Origin: an uncultured Chloroflexia bacterium
GTDB taxonomy: Bacteria > Chloroflexota > Dehalococcoidia > Dehalococcoidales > UBA2162
Assembly (NCBI GenBank): GCA_963735055.1
Contig: CAVTJN010000007.1
Coordinates: forward strand, 14,761-78,760
DNA: 64,000 bases
Direction of reading: 5' to 3'
Positions 10,023 through 19,908 of this stretch are shown here, in pieces (the stretch's first letter is position 1; the number at the start of each line of letters is the position of its first letter). The position numbers and the translations under genes are program-made. The notes beneath the pieces are model-generated. The model was given only the letters and a program-made list of their open reading frames with translations, searched no databases and was not told where the DNA came from.

Positions 10023-11524
10023 TTATTTCCGCTCAATTCTCAAGGTATAGGCGTGCTCGCAGGGTTTCTGAGCAGGCATTTGAACATGCAGCCCGAGCTC
10101 GTCTTGATGCCAGGTTAGTTCACCCGGCGTCCCTAACAGGTGAATGGCCTGGATTTGTTTCTGCCGGCACAAACGATCCTGCTTTTAGGGAATGGATAAC
10201 AGCCTGCCCAGTTTCGGGCCAGGCCAGGAGGAAGGTAAACAAATCTTTACCTTTCTGGGTAAAGCGGATATCTTGAGCGGTATATACCACCTGCTCCGTA
10301 TCCCAAATCTTTTCGGTATTTTAAGTCGAAGGCCCTTCCCCATACACAGTCCATGGCCGGGTTCCGAAAATACCTTCTTGGTTGACATCCATCCAACGGG
10401 TGAATCCTTCCAGGAAGCGCTCCTCATCTTCGTCAATCGTGCCGTCGCCGCGCATGGGGATGTTCAACAGCATATTTCCGTTTTTGCTAACGATATCGAT
10501 CAATTCGGTAACCTTTTCTCTAACGCTTTTATATTGTATGTCGCGGCGATAATGCCAGGCTCCAATGCAGGTATCCGTCTGCCACGGGTAAGGTTCAATG
10601 GTTCCAAACCGCCTGTGCTCCATATCCTGAACAACCGGTTTTTGCAGATGGTCCGGCACATCTTTGACGTTCAAGGACCACATCTACTTTCCCATACCAG
10701 TCCAGGCTGGCGTTGTAATAATAAGCCGCGATCTCTGGCGCGATCTCCTGCATGCCGAGGTAGGTATCCAGGTCATGAACGGGCTGCAGAGCATCATCAA
10801 AATACAATAGATCAGGGTGGTATTGATCGATCAAATCCTTGACGCGTAAAACGACGTTCTCAACGAATTCTGGGTCTGGGTCGGATCCATAGGGATGGGG
10901 CCGCGTGTATAACTCCTGTGGATCCAGGCCTTCCCACCAAAGTCCTTTGCCATCCGCTTTGGTCATGTTTCCATCGTAGGGAACGCCCGCCAGAGGGCCT
11001 TCTTTATCCGCGCCAAATGTCAACGGAAAGAACTGCCGCCAGGTGCGGCTGGGAGTGCTGTGGATGGTGACGCCGAAGCGCAGTCCTTGAGCGCGGGCGG
11101 CTTTTGCCCATCCACCCACGATATCTTTCTTCGGCCCGACGTTGACCGAATTCCAGGCATGGTAGGAGGAATTCCACATGTCAAAGTTGCAGTGATGGTT
11201 TCCCAGGGCAGTAAAGTATTTTGCCCCGGCGCGTTTGTAGCGTGCAATTAACGCTTCAGGATCCCAACTCTCGGCTTTCCAAAGATTGCAGATATCCTTA
11301 TAGCCGAACTTTGAGGGATGCCCATAATGCTCCAGGTGATATTGGTAATGCGGATGGCCCTGACTATACATGTTCCGCGCGTACCAATCCCCCATCTCGG
11401 GTACGCACTGCGGGCTCCAGTGTGCCCAGATCCCTAGCTTGGCATCGCGAAACCATTCGGGAACCTGATAATTAAAAAGCGAATTCCAATTTGAGTCAAA
11501 ATGGGTTGTAAAGTTCTCGAACAT
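10023..11524 (-). pseudogene. GH29 alpha-L-fucosidase paralog 1, several frameshifts
   Basis: ORFs 10595..11524 (WFRDAKLGIWAHW, GNHHCNFDMWNS) and 10321..10683. My reading of two further frames gives DIRFTQKGKDLFTFLLAWPETGQAVI and LLGTPGELTWHQDELGLHVQMP..LRIERK, with the stop at 10023-10025. Confidence 0.85.
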
Positions 11525-11678
11525 CGTTATTCCCTCTTCTCATGAATTTTTTAAACAGTGGTTTACAAATCAATTCTATGTTGTTGATCGTAGTGCTGAG
11601 AACGCCCATTTGGATGGCCAGGTCCGGTGTGATGACAAGTGGTAGCAGTGGAATGGAGTTTATCGTCAACCCCTAAGT

Positions 11679-13140
11679 TTAGGAAAGGGATTCATCTGTT
11701 ATTTTATACAGTCCCACAGCCTTAATCGTGGGACTGTATCTTGCTTTCAGGATGCGAAGTCGCAACCGCTGCGCCGAGACCAGCGGAAAACGCAGCAGCC
11801 GTTGATAACCGACCGTGGTGGCGCGGGCGATTTCCTCCCAGCCGGAGTCCGTCTGCACATCAATGGCGCACTGTTCGATGCGCTGCCCCTCCTCAATCTG
11901 TTCCTGCAGCCGGATGACATCAAACGTTTTCACCTCACCCAGGTCGATCACCAGCTCAGCCTGCTCGACCCCCGCCTCAGACGCCCAATAGGTTTCATCC
12001 TTGCCGTCCACAATGTGCTCCGCGGCGATCAGCGGTTTGCCTGCCTGCGTGGAGCTTGCGCTCACCTGCGCTCCCAGCGCCAGGTTCGTCTGAAACGTGC
12101 GCCTTGAAGAAACCGCCCAGTTCTTCCAGCCGCGCGACATCGGTTTCATGTATCAGCCCGCGCTGGTCTGGGGGCAGGTTGAGCAGCAGGGTCGAATTGC
12201 CTCCAACCGCACTGAAATACAGGTCCACCAGGTTTTCCAGGCTGCGTACTTGTTCATCCTCGCCGTGGTGATAGAACCAGCCTGGCCGGATGGAAGTATT
12301 CGTTTCTGCCGGGTACCAGATTAACCCGTTTGCCTGCCGGATTCGCTCGCGGCTGCCCAGGTCGGGCGTCCACATCTCCAACCGTTCCGCAAACCGGCCC
12401 TCGTCTGTTTGTTGCGAATCCCCCGCGATGCGCTCCTGGTCGAACATCTCCGCCGGGACGACGCTCCACTCGCTCTCGCGCACTTTCCCAGCCTCATTAC
12501 CGCACCAGCGCACATCCGGGCCCATCACCGATATCACCGCATTGGGCTGCAGCTCCCGGATCCGCCGGTAGTAGGCCTCCCAGTCATACACCTGGCGGTT
12601 TCCGTTCGGTCCTTCGCCGCAGGCGCCGTCAAACCACAAGCAGAACAACTCACAGTACTGTGTCAGCAGCTCGGTGAGTTGGTTGAGAAAATAGGTGTTG
12701 TAACGAGGCGAGTCGCCATACGTCGGCTCGTGCCGGTCCCAGGGCGAAAGGTATAACCCCAGCTTGAGCCCAGCCTCCCGGCACGCCGTTGCCAGCTCGC
12801 CCACCACATCGCCCTGACCGTTCTTCCACGGGCTGTGCTTCACCGAGTGGTCGGTATACTGGCTGGGCCATAGGCAGAAGCCATCGTGATGCTTGGCGGT
12901 CAAAATCACCCCGCGCATTCCCGCCGCCTTAAATGCCGATACCCACTGGCGCGCATCCAGTTGGGTTGGATTGAAAATCGCCGGGTCTTCCGTTCCCAGC
13001 CCCCACTCACGGCCGGTGAAGGTGTTCATCCCAAAATGGATGAAACTATAAAATTCCATCCGCTGCCAGGCCAACTGCCGCGGTGAAGGCCTGACCAGTG
13101 CAGCCTGTTTAATCCAATCTGTTGATTCCCCTATAACCAT
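11679..13140 (-). pseudogene. GH29 alpha-L-fucosidase paralog 2 with C-terminal F5/8 type C (discoidin/CBM32-like) domain, one frameshift near 12100
   Basis: ORF 11995..13140 carries TAKHHDGFCLWPS and FCLWFDGACGEG. ORF 11679..12149 carries IVDGKDETYWASE...LRLRILKA. Confidence 0.85.
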
Positions 13141-13158
13141 CGATTTCCTCCTTCGCGC

Positions 13159-14205
13159 TTAAGTCTGACTCACGACCTTCTTCACCTCTTGTTCGCGGCT
13201 TTTCGCGCAAACCAGCAAGGCATCCTGTGAATCGATAATTATCAAATCCCCGATACCGATGGTGGCGATTAATTTCTGGCTAATCCCCATCGCGATGGTG
13301 TTATGTGTGTCAATCGCTATATGCGGCACAGTCCAGACGTTCCCTTTTGCGTCGGGCGTGTGCAACTGATCCAGGCTGGTCCAACTGCCAACATCTACCC
13401 AGCCCATGCTGATCGGGATCACCGCTATCCGGCTGGCCTTCTCCATGATTCCATAATCGATGGTTTCCTTCTTCACCTGCTGCCAGATTTGAGCGATATT
13501 CTGCTGGTAGTCAGCCGTATGAGTACATTGGGCGATTCTGGATAAAGCTTGGGACAGGTCCGGCATGTGCGTTTGGAACTCCTGCATAATGCGGCTTACC
13601 TGCCAGACGAACATGCCGCTGTTCCAGGAGTAACCACCCCGAGTTACCATTTGCAACGCGGTTTCTTGATCGGGCTTTTCGATAAACCGGCGCACCTGGT
13701 ATGCTGCCAGCCCGTTTATTTGCTCGAGTAATTGATCTTGTTCGATATATCCGTAAGCGGTGGAAGGTGAGGTCGGTTTAATACCCAGGGTAACCATGCA
13801 GCCTTTACCGGCGATCATCTCGGCGGCTTTGAGCGCTTCTAAAAAGGTGCTGGTATCCGCGATGAAATGGTCAGCCGTCAATATCGCCATGGTCGCATCC
13901 GGGTCGTGTTTTTGTAAATAGACCGCTGCCAAACCGATGGCAGGAGCTGTCCCGCGCCCTTCTGGTTCGAGTAAAAAATTCGCCGCCGGTATCTGTGGTG
14001 CTTGCTCGTGCAGCAGCGTCTTGTATTCGGCCCGCGTCACCACCAAAATTCGATCTTCCCTGAACATGGAGGTCAGCCGGTGAACGGAGTGCTGGAACAT
14101 GGTCTTATCACCAACCAGTTTGAGGGATTGCTTGGGGTGATTTTCCCGACTGAGCGGCCAAAGCCTCGTTCCTGTTCCACCTGCCATAATGACAGCCCAA
14201 TACAT
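13159..14205 (-). CDS. manC: mannose-1-phosphate guanylyltransferase-like sugar-1-phosphate nucleotidyltransferase
   Basis: Intact 348-aa ORF with MAGGTGTRLWPLSR at the N-terminus and ILTADHFI, TLGIKPTSPSTAYGYIE further in. Confidence 0.8.
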   Translation of the reverse strand: MYWAVIMAGGTGTRLWPLSRENHPKQSLKLVGDKTMFQHSVHRLTSMFREDRILVVTRAEYKTLLHEQAPQIPAANFLLEPEGRGTAPAIGLAAVYLQKHDPDATMAILTADHFIADTSTFLEALKAAEMIAGKGCMVTLGIKPTSPSTAYGYIEQDQLLEQINGLAAYQVRRFIEKPDQETALQMVTRGGYSWNSGMFVWQVSRIMQEFQTHMPDLSQALSRIAQCTHTADYQQNIAQIWQQVKKETIDYGIMEKASRIAVIPISMGWVDVGSWTSLDQLHTPDAKGNVWTVPHIAIDTHNTIAMGISQKLIATIGIGDLIIIDSQDALLVCAKSREQEVKKVVSQT

Positions 14206-14238
14206 GGTTTAATTCCTTTCTAGTCCAACCCGTCCAAA

Positions 14239-15060
14239 CTAAAACCCGCGCAGCTGCGTGCTCTCACGACGGGGTAAGCCCTCTTTCGGCAAGCGTTTCA
14301 ACACCACATACTCCAACCCATGCGTCTGGCAAAACGCTCGCTTTTCAGGTTTATCGCCGTCCTCATTGACCACGTAGCAATCTGGTTGAATTCGCTCAAT
14401 CTCCGGTTCCGCATCCATCCAACCCGTTCCTGTGGATACCCAGGCTTCGGTCACATGGCGGATCGATTGAACCATATATCGCCGCTCGGCTTCTCCGAAA
14501 AGCGGATGCCCCTCTCCTTTAAGAAGACGAACATTTGCATCACTACCGATTACTACATACAAATCACCCGATTGAGAGGCTTCTTCAAAGAAACGGACGT
14601 GCCCGGTATGCAGCCAGTCATAACAGCCGGTGACCACCGCCTTTCTCTGCACGTTCTCAGGCTGCCGCATTCTCAACGGCTGGTCCGAGAATTGGTCCAT
14701 CAGAGCATCCGGAATGATCTGGTACTCAAGCCCGTTTCCCCGGCAAAAATCTAATTTCGCCTGACTACCCATTTTGGAAGATACAACCCAGGCAGCGGGT
14801 GACTCGATCAAACTGAGAGGTAAACAATCTGGGCTGGCGAGTTCATCCACAGGAATCACACGGTCGACATACCGGATAGCCTCTAAAAAATACTGCCGCT
14901 CAGCCTGCGAGAACTTTGGCAGTTTTCCATCGATTGTCTGGACAACGACATCTGACCAGAGCAGCACCTGCACCGGCCCCAACCGCGCCGCCTCTTCGAG
15001 CAAGCGGACATGCCTTGAACGCAGATCATCATAACTACCTGAGACAAAAACCTCTGTCAT
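14239..15060 (-). CDS. protein with two tandem cytidylyltransferase-like (CTP_transf_like / RfaE domain II-type) domains
   Basis: Intact 273 aa. The C-terminal domain has TGCYDWLHTGHVRFFEEA. The N-terminal domain is degenerate (SGSYDDLRSRHVRLLEEA). Confidence 0.65.
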   Translation of the reverse strand: MTEVFVSGSYDDLRSRHVRLLEEAARLGPVQVLLWSDVVVQTIDGKLPKFSQAERQYFLEAIRYVDRVIPVDELASPDCLPLSLIESPAAWVVSSKMGSQAKLDFCRGNGLEYQIIPDALMDQFSDQPLRMRQPENVQRKAVVTGCYDWLHTGHVRFFEEASQSGDLYVVIGSDANVRLLKGEGHPLFGEAERRYMVQSIRHVTEAWVSTGTGWMDAEPEIERIQPDCYVVNEDGDKPEKRAFCQTHGLEYVVLKRLPKEGLPRRESTQLRGF

Positions 15061-15129
15061 TAAACCTCGACCCCTTTTTTATAGGAGAAGGCAGCAGCCG
15101 AATTGAAGCTGCTGCCTCCCTATTCGCCA

Positions 15130-15924
15130 TTAATACCGGACTTTAATCTGAAAACCACCCGGCACCGGCTTCTCTGAAACAACAAAAAGGTACCCGCCCC
15201 CGCAGCCCGAGTACATCGCTCCGGGATAGCGGGATTGATAACATCGCATCAGCGCTACCAGGTCGATGTGGATTGTGGGATGGCGCACCGTACCGGGCAG
15301 GATGGCCTCCCAACAGGCCATGCACTCATTCATGGAAGCACCCAACCGGTCGATATCTCGGGCGACAATTGCGTCAAAACAGTCTTTCCCGCTCTGGCCT
15401 AATTTCCTGATCCAATGCGGATCCAGGTTTTTCGTTTCCAACGGGTTGTAATCGGGCGGGCGCTGGATCACCGGGATCATATACACTACCCTCTCCAGCC
15501 AGGCTGCCACATGTGGATCGCGGTTGCTCTCGATATGGACCGGGTAAGTGCCGCCTTCAAAGCTTGCGTCAAAATCCAGGCGGTTGACGCCGGGAAAGAT
15601 GAGCCCGGCCATATCCTGCGAGCCACTGGGTTCGCTCTTCCCCTGGTTCTCCGCCTGGTATAGAGCTCTCATCAATTCTTTAGGGTCGCCTTCCGGCAGC
15701 CGATCGCCCCATAACTGGGCGGCCACGCGCCGGGTGGAAGTGCCCATTCCGCAGCGATCCATAAAGCGCACGGTGGGCTCCAAACCAACCACCACCATCG
15801 CGCCGGGCGGTGTCGGGTTGCGCTGCGAGACAAAAGGTTGGTCGATCCATCCGCCAGCCAGCGCCATTCGATACGGAATTTTTCCGATCATCTGGGTGGT
15901 TGTGAAATCAGGGGAGTTTTCCAT
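15130..15924 (-). CDS. GHMP-family sugar kinase, fucokinase/HddA-like
   Basis: Intact 264 aa with MALAGGWIDQPF (compare RIDLAGGWTD), CGMGTSTRR (motif II-like) and SGCGGGYLFVV (motif III-like). Confidence 0.65.
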   Translation of the reverse strand: MENSPDFTTTQMIGKIPYRMALAGGWIDQPFVSQRNPTPPGAMVVVGLEPTVRFMDRCGMGTSTRRVAAQLWGDRLPEGDPKELMRALYQAENQGKSEPSGSQDMAGLIFPGVNRLDFDASFEGGTYPVHIESNRDPHVAAWLERVVYMIPVIQRPPDYNPLETKNLDPHWIRKLGQSGKDCFDAIVARDIDRLGASMNECMACWEAILPGTVRHPTIHIDLVALMRCYQSRYPGAMYSGCGGGYLFVVSEKPVPGGFQIKVRY

Positions 15925-15933
15925 TTCCTGATC

Positions 15934-17388
15934 CTATGCGAAGCGGACCCGGTAGCATGGGGCGAAATCGACCGGCTTTTCCTCCGGCAGGTCAATCGCC
16001 AGCCCCCGCCGGGTCTGCTCAAACCGAACCAGGCCGTTATACCCCAGCACCGCCACCGACCCTACCTCCGGCGCACGCTCGAGCGCCAGGTTGCGGATGA
16101 CCGTTTTTCCGCCTTCCGGCCATTTCATCTGGAAGGCATACACGTCTCCATTTTTTCGCGTAAAGCGGAAATCTTCAATCGTCCAGGGAACAGCGTCTTC
16201 CTTAAAGTGCTCGATCTCGACTTGAGAAGGACCTTCACCAAAGACCTTCCAGGGACGGGTGCCATAAATGCCCTCACCATTGACGCGCATCCACGCCCCC
16301 ACCGCTGGAGCAGATAGTGACATTCATCGTCCAGCGTACCGTCCGGCCGCTGGGGGATATTCAACAGCAGGTTGCCGTTCTTGCTGACGATATCCACCAG
16401 CATTTCGGCCACTTGCTTGGGAGTTTTATAAACATCGCTGACGTTGTAGAACCAGTCGCCCACGCTGGTATCCGTCTGCCAGACGTAGCGGTAGAATTCC
16501 TGGGAGTTGGCTGCGCTCGATGTCTAACACACCGACAGTACAAATACTCTCCTGGCGTCTTTCTGGTTGTAGACTGCCTGGTTCACGCCGCCATGCAGCC
16601 TGGCGCTGGTGTTGTACAGGTGGGCGATGATATTCAGCCCATACTCACCAAACGGCACGCCGCCATCGGAATAGAGCAAGTCCGGTTGGAAGAGGTCGAT
16701 CAGCTCTTTGACATAGGCAAACCATTTCGCGTGCCACCATGGATTGCTGGTGTACCATTCCTGCTCGAGATTGGCCGTGTTTTGGTTGGGGAGGTAGAGA
16801 TCTTCATAGGCAGGGTCATTACCGTCATAGGGCACCCCGGCAAACGGCCCGCTCTTGTCGGCGCCTTTGGTCAGTTTGTACCAGCTGAAGGTGGCGCCCA
16901 TGTGCTCGGAGAAGCCGAAGGGCAGCCCGTACTTTCGGGCCGCCTGCTGCCACATCGCCATGATATCCTTGCCGGGACCCATCTTGACCGAGTTCCAGCG
17001 GTGATGGGTGGAGTTCCAGTTGTGAAAATTATCGTGGTGGGCGGCCTGTGCGACGAAATATTTCGCCCCGGCGTCCACGTACAAGTCCATCAGCCCTTCC
17101 GGGTCAAACTTTTCGGCCTTCCACAGCTATGCACCACATCCTTGTAGCCAAACCTGGAGGGGTGCCCGTACTGGCGCATGTGGTAGCGGTACTGGTCCGA
17201 TGCCCTCGACGTACATATGGCGCGCATACCAGTCGCCGTACATCGGCACGAGACTGCGGTCCCCAATGCGACCAGATGCCGAACTTGGCATCCTGGAACC
17301 AGTGCGGGCATTCGAACGTTCGCAGTGATTCCCAGGTGGGCTCAAACGGTCCTTTTTCAATCGTAAATTCCGCCTGCTTGTCGCTCAT
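15934..17388 (-). pseudogene. GH29 alpha-L-fucosidase paralog 3, at least three frameshifts
   Basis: Fragments 17104..17388 ([16 protein letters not shown]), 16524..17090 (AAHHDNFHNWNS), 16125..16463 and 15934..16323 (FRFTRKNGDVYAF) lie in different frames. Confidence 0.8.
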
Positions 17389-17464
17389 ATTTTCTTCTTC
17401 CGCTTATATAGCCTGATTGGTTCGTTTGGGCCGCGCTGATATTTAAACGCATCCACCCTCTGCA

Positions 17465-18497
17465 TTAATCCTGCACGACACGCTTGCCCGCTTTGCGGTC
17501 CATGTACTGCTGCTCGATCCAGGCGTAAGTGTGCTTCAGCCCTTCCTTGAGCGGCAGGTTTGGCTCCCACCCCAAGCACCGCCTTGATCATGGTGTTGTC
17601 GCTGTTGCGCCCGGCAACGCCTCGTGGGGCATCCAAATCATAGTTCCGCTCCATCTTGATCCCGGCGATCTCTTCGATGTAGTCGACCAGTTGGTTGATG
17701 GATACCAGCTCGCTGGTGCCCAGGTTGATCGGCGTGGCGATCAGTTTGTCGCAGTGCATGATCTGATCGATACCGTAGACACAGTCATCGATATACATAA
17801 AACTGCGCGTCTGGGTGCCATCGCCCCAGATATCGATTTCGTATTTTCCCGCGTCCTTGGCTTCGATCACCTTGCGGCAGAGAGCCGCCGGGGCTTTTTC
17901 GCGCCCGCCGAACCAGGTGCCATGCGGGCCATAAACGTTGTGGAAGCGAGCGATGTGGGTTTCCAGTCCACGCTCTGCCCAGTATTCCTGGCAGAACATT
18001 TCGCTCATCAGCTTTTCCCAGCCGTAGCCGCGCTCCGCCATAGCCGGGTAGGCATCAGTCTCTTTGAGCGCACGCACGTTCGGGTCCTGCTGCAGAGTGG
18101 TGTTATACGCGCAGGCCGACGACGAGAAGAAGTAGCGGCTGACTCCCGCCTGGTAGGCTGCCTCGATCAGGTGGGTGTTGATCAGGATCGAGCGCAGGCA
18201 TTCCACCCGGTAGCGCTCGATGAAGCCCATCCCGCCCATGTCGGCAGCCAGGTTATAGACTTCGACCGCGCCTTCCACCGCCTTGATTGCATTCTCTTTT
18301 TCACTCAGGTCCATGGAGATGCATTCAACCCCTGGCACGCGCTGGTACCATTCGGGGAGGGGTTTACGGTCAATGGCGCGAATCCGGCGAAAGCCCTTAT
18401 CTTGAAAATAGCGCGTTAGCGCCCCGGCAATGAAGCCGCCTGCACCCGTGATGACGATTAAGTCATCCTGGTTCATCACATCCACTGCTGTAATCAT
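17465..18497 (-). pseudogene. gme: GDP-mannose 3,5-epimerase, single frameshift in a homopolymer near the 3' end
   Basis: GAGGFIAG, NLAADMGGMGF, SSACAY, YGWEKL, RFHNVYGPHGTW.GGREKAPAA.CRK, GDGTQTRSF and GVAGRNSDN closely track plant and bacterial GME. After the C-run 17570-17573 the true frame reads GWEPNLPLKEGLKHTYAWIEQQYMDRKAGKRVVQD, with the stop at 17465-17467. Confidence 0.85.
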
Positions 18498-18518
18498 GAT
18501 TTCCTCACTCTCTGTCAT

Positions 18519-18547
18519 ATAATATGGTATCGATACCATATCTTGAA
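18519..18547 (-). promoter_or_regulatory. promoter of the GME-GH29 operon with an embedded LacI-type operator
   Basis: On the minus strand: TTCAAG, 17 nt, TATTAT. The spacer is filled by the perfect 20-bp palindrome atatggtatcgataccatat (18522-18541). A GAGGA RBS precedes ATG 18497. Confidence 0.55.
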
Positions 18548-18567
18548 AAAAATAAGCTCGATTTTAG

Positions 18568-19575
18568 CTATTTGATCGATGGGCCGCTTGAACGGCGAAT
18601 AATCAACTGAGTTGGTAAGATAATCTCCTGAAACGAATGCATCTCCTTGCCCTTCAATCGTTCCAATAGCAATTTCATCGCCCGCATGCCCATTTCATAA
18701 GCTGGCTGAGAAGCGACCGTGAAAAATGGGAAAGTAACCATGGAGGGTGGGAGATCATCAAAACCAACCAGAGCAATATCGTCTGGTACAGCCAGATCCA
18801 TCTCCTGCAGCGCTTTCATCGCCCCGATCGTAATAAAATTATTGGCAGCGATGAGCGCAGTCGGGCGCAGGGGTAGCTTGATTGCTTGTTTGGTCATGAG
18901 ATAGCCGCTGTCCTGAGTGAAATCTCCACGAAAGATAAACCCATCATCAATGGCTAACCCGGCTTCTTCTAAAGCCATTCGATACCCAACAACACGATCG
19001 TCTGCCGTAGAAACGCCAACCGCACCGCTCATCACGGCAATCCGGGAATGGCCAAGAGATACCAGATACCGGGTGAGTTGGTAAGCGCCATCCACCGAGT
19101 CGCAACGGACGGTATCGACATCCACATCTGGAACACGGCGGTCTAGCACCACCACCGGAGTGCCGTGCTTTTGAACTTGCAGGAGCGCCTTCGCATGACT
19201 GTGCGACGGAACGAATAGAAGTCCATCAACCTGTTTTTGGAGTAAAACATTCAGGTATTTCTCTTCTTTAGCCGCCGACTCATCCGTGTTACAAAAAATG
19301 ACCGTATAGCCCGCCTCATTCGCCGCATCTTCTACCCCTCGGGCCAGGGTTGTAAAAAAAGGATTGGTGATGTCAGTAACCATCAAACCGACCGTGTCCG
19401 TACGCCGGGAGCGCAGGCTGCGCGCCAGGGTATTGGGAACATAACCCAGCTCCTTTATCGCTTTCTCAACGCGCTCACGAGTCTCGAGGCTTACATAACC
19501 AGAAGAATTGATCACCCGTGAAACAGTGATCGATCCTACCCCTGCGCGTTTGGCAACTTCATGCATCGTTGGCAT
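18568..19575 (-). CDS. LacI-family transcriptional regulator
   Basis: Intact 335 aa with N-terminal HTH MPTMHEVAKRAGVGSITVSRVINS and a periplasmic-binding-protein-like sugar-binding core. Confidence 0.9.
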   Translation of the reverse strand: MPTMHEVAKRAGVGSITVSRVINSSGYVSLETRERVEKAIKELGYVPNTLARSLRSRRTDTVGLMVTDITNPFFTTLARGVEDAANEAGYTVIFCNTDESAAKEEKYLNVLLQKQVDGLLFVPSHSHAKALLQVQKHGTPVVVLDRRVPDVDVDTVRCDSVDGAYQLTRYLVSLGHSRIAVMSGAVGVSTADDRVVGYRMALEEAGLAIDDGFIFRGDFTQDSGYLMTKQAIKLPLRPTALIAANNFITIGAMKALQEMDLAVPDDIALVGFDDLPPSMVTFPFFTVASQPAYEMGMRAMKLLLERLKGKEMHSFQEIILPTQLIIRRSSGPSIK

Positions 19576-19587
19576 TCATTTCCTTAT

Positions 19588-19618
19588 ATGGTATCCATAC
19601 CATGTGGTATCGATACCA
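19588..19618. promoter_or_regulatory. two adjacent LacI-type operators (same motif as at 18522-18541)
   Basis: atggtatccataccat (19588-19603) and tggtatcgatacca (19605-19618), 13-43 nt upstream of the lacI-family start codon. Confidence 0.55.
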
Positions 19619-19685
19619 TAATATATGGTTTTTTCGCTCTCGTCAATAGGTAAAAACGGGTAAATTTCAATCCCAAACCTGCCTA

Positions 19686-19741
19686 TTGACTCGACCCTAA
19701 AAAAGATGTATTGTAATGTAAATGTTACCGGAAACTTTTAC
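19686..19741 (+). promoter_or_regulatory. candidate promoter of the ABC-transporter operon plus a second-type palindromic operator
   Basis: TTGACT (19686-19691), 17 nt, TATTGT (19709-19714). Immediately downstream is gtaaatgttaccggaaactttac (19718-19741), a CG-centred 24-bp palindrome with 10 of 12 positions paired. Confidence 0.4.
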
Positions 19742-19908
19742 GGAGTTCTATTCATCGAAATAGCATCGAACGAATGGTTAAAACAGCCGCAAGGTTGCCT
19801 GGTTTGACTTCATCAGGAGGTGTATATCGCGATATACATGCTGAGTCGTCCTTTCTTGACTTCTGTTTCCCAAGGATTGAACGTCTGGAATATAAGGATC
19901 AAACCAAA

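Noticed and set aside
16317-18419. Plus-strand ORFs 16317..17147 and 17529..18419
   Set aside because: Antisense to GH29 paralog 3 and to GME, both of which have strong family motifs on the minus strand.
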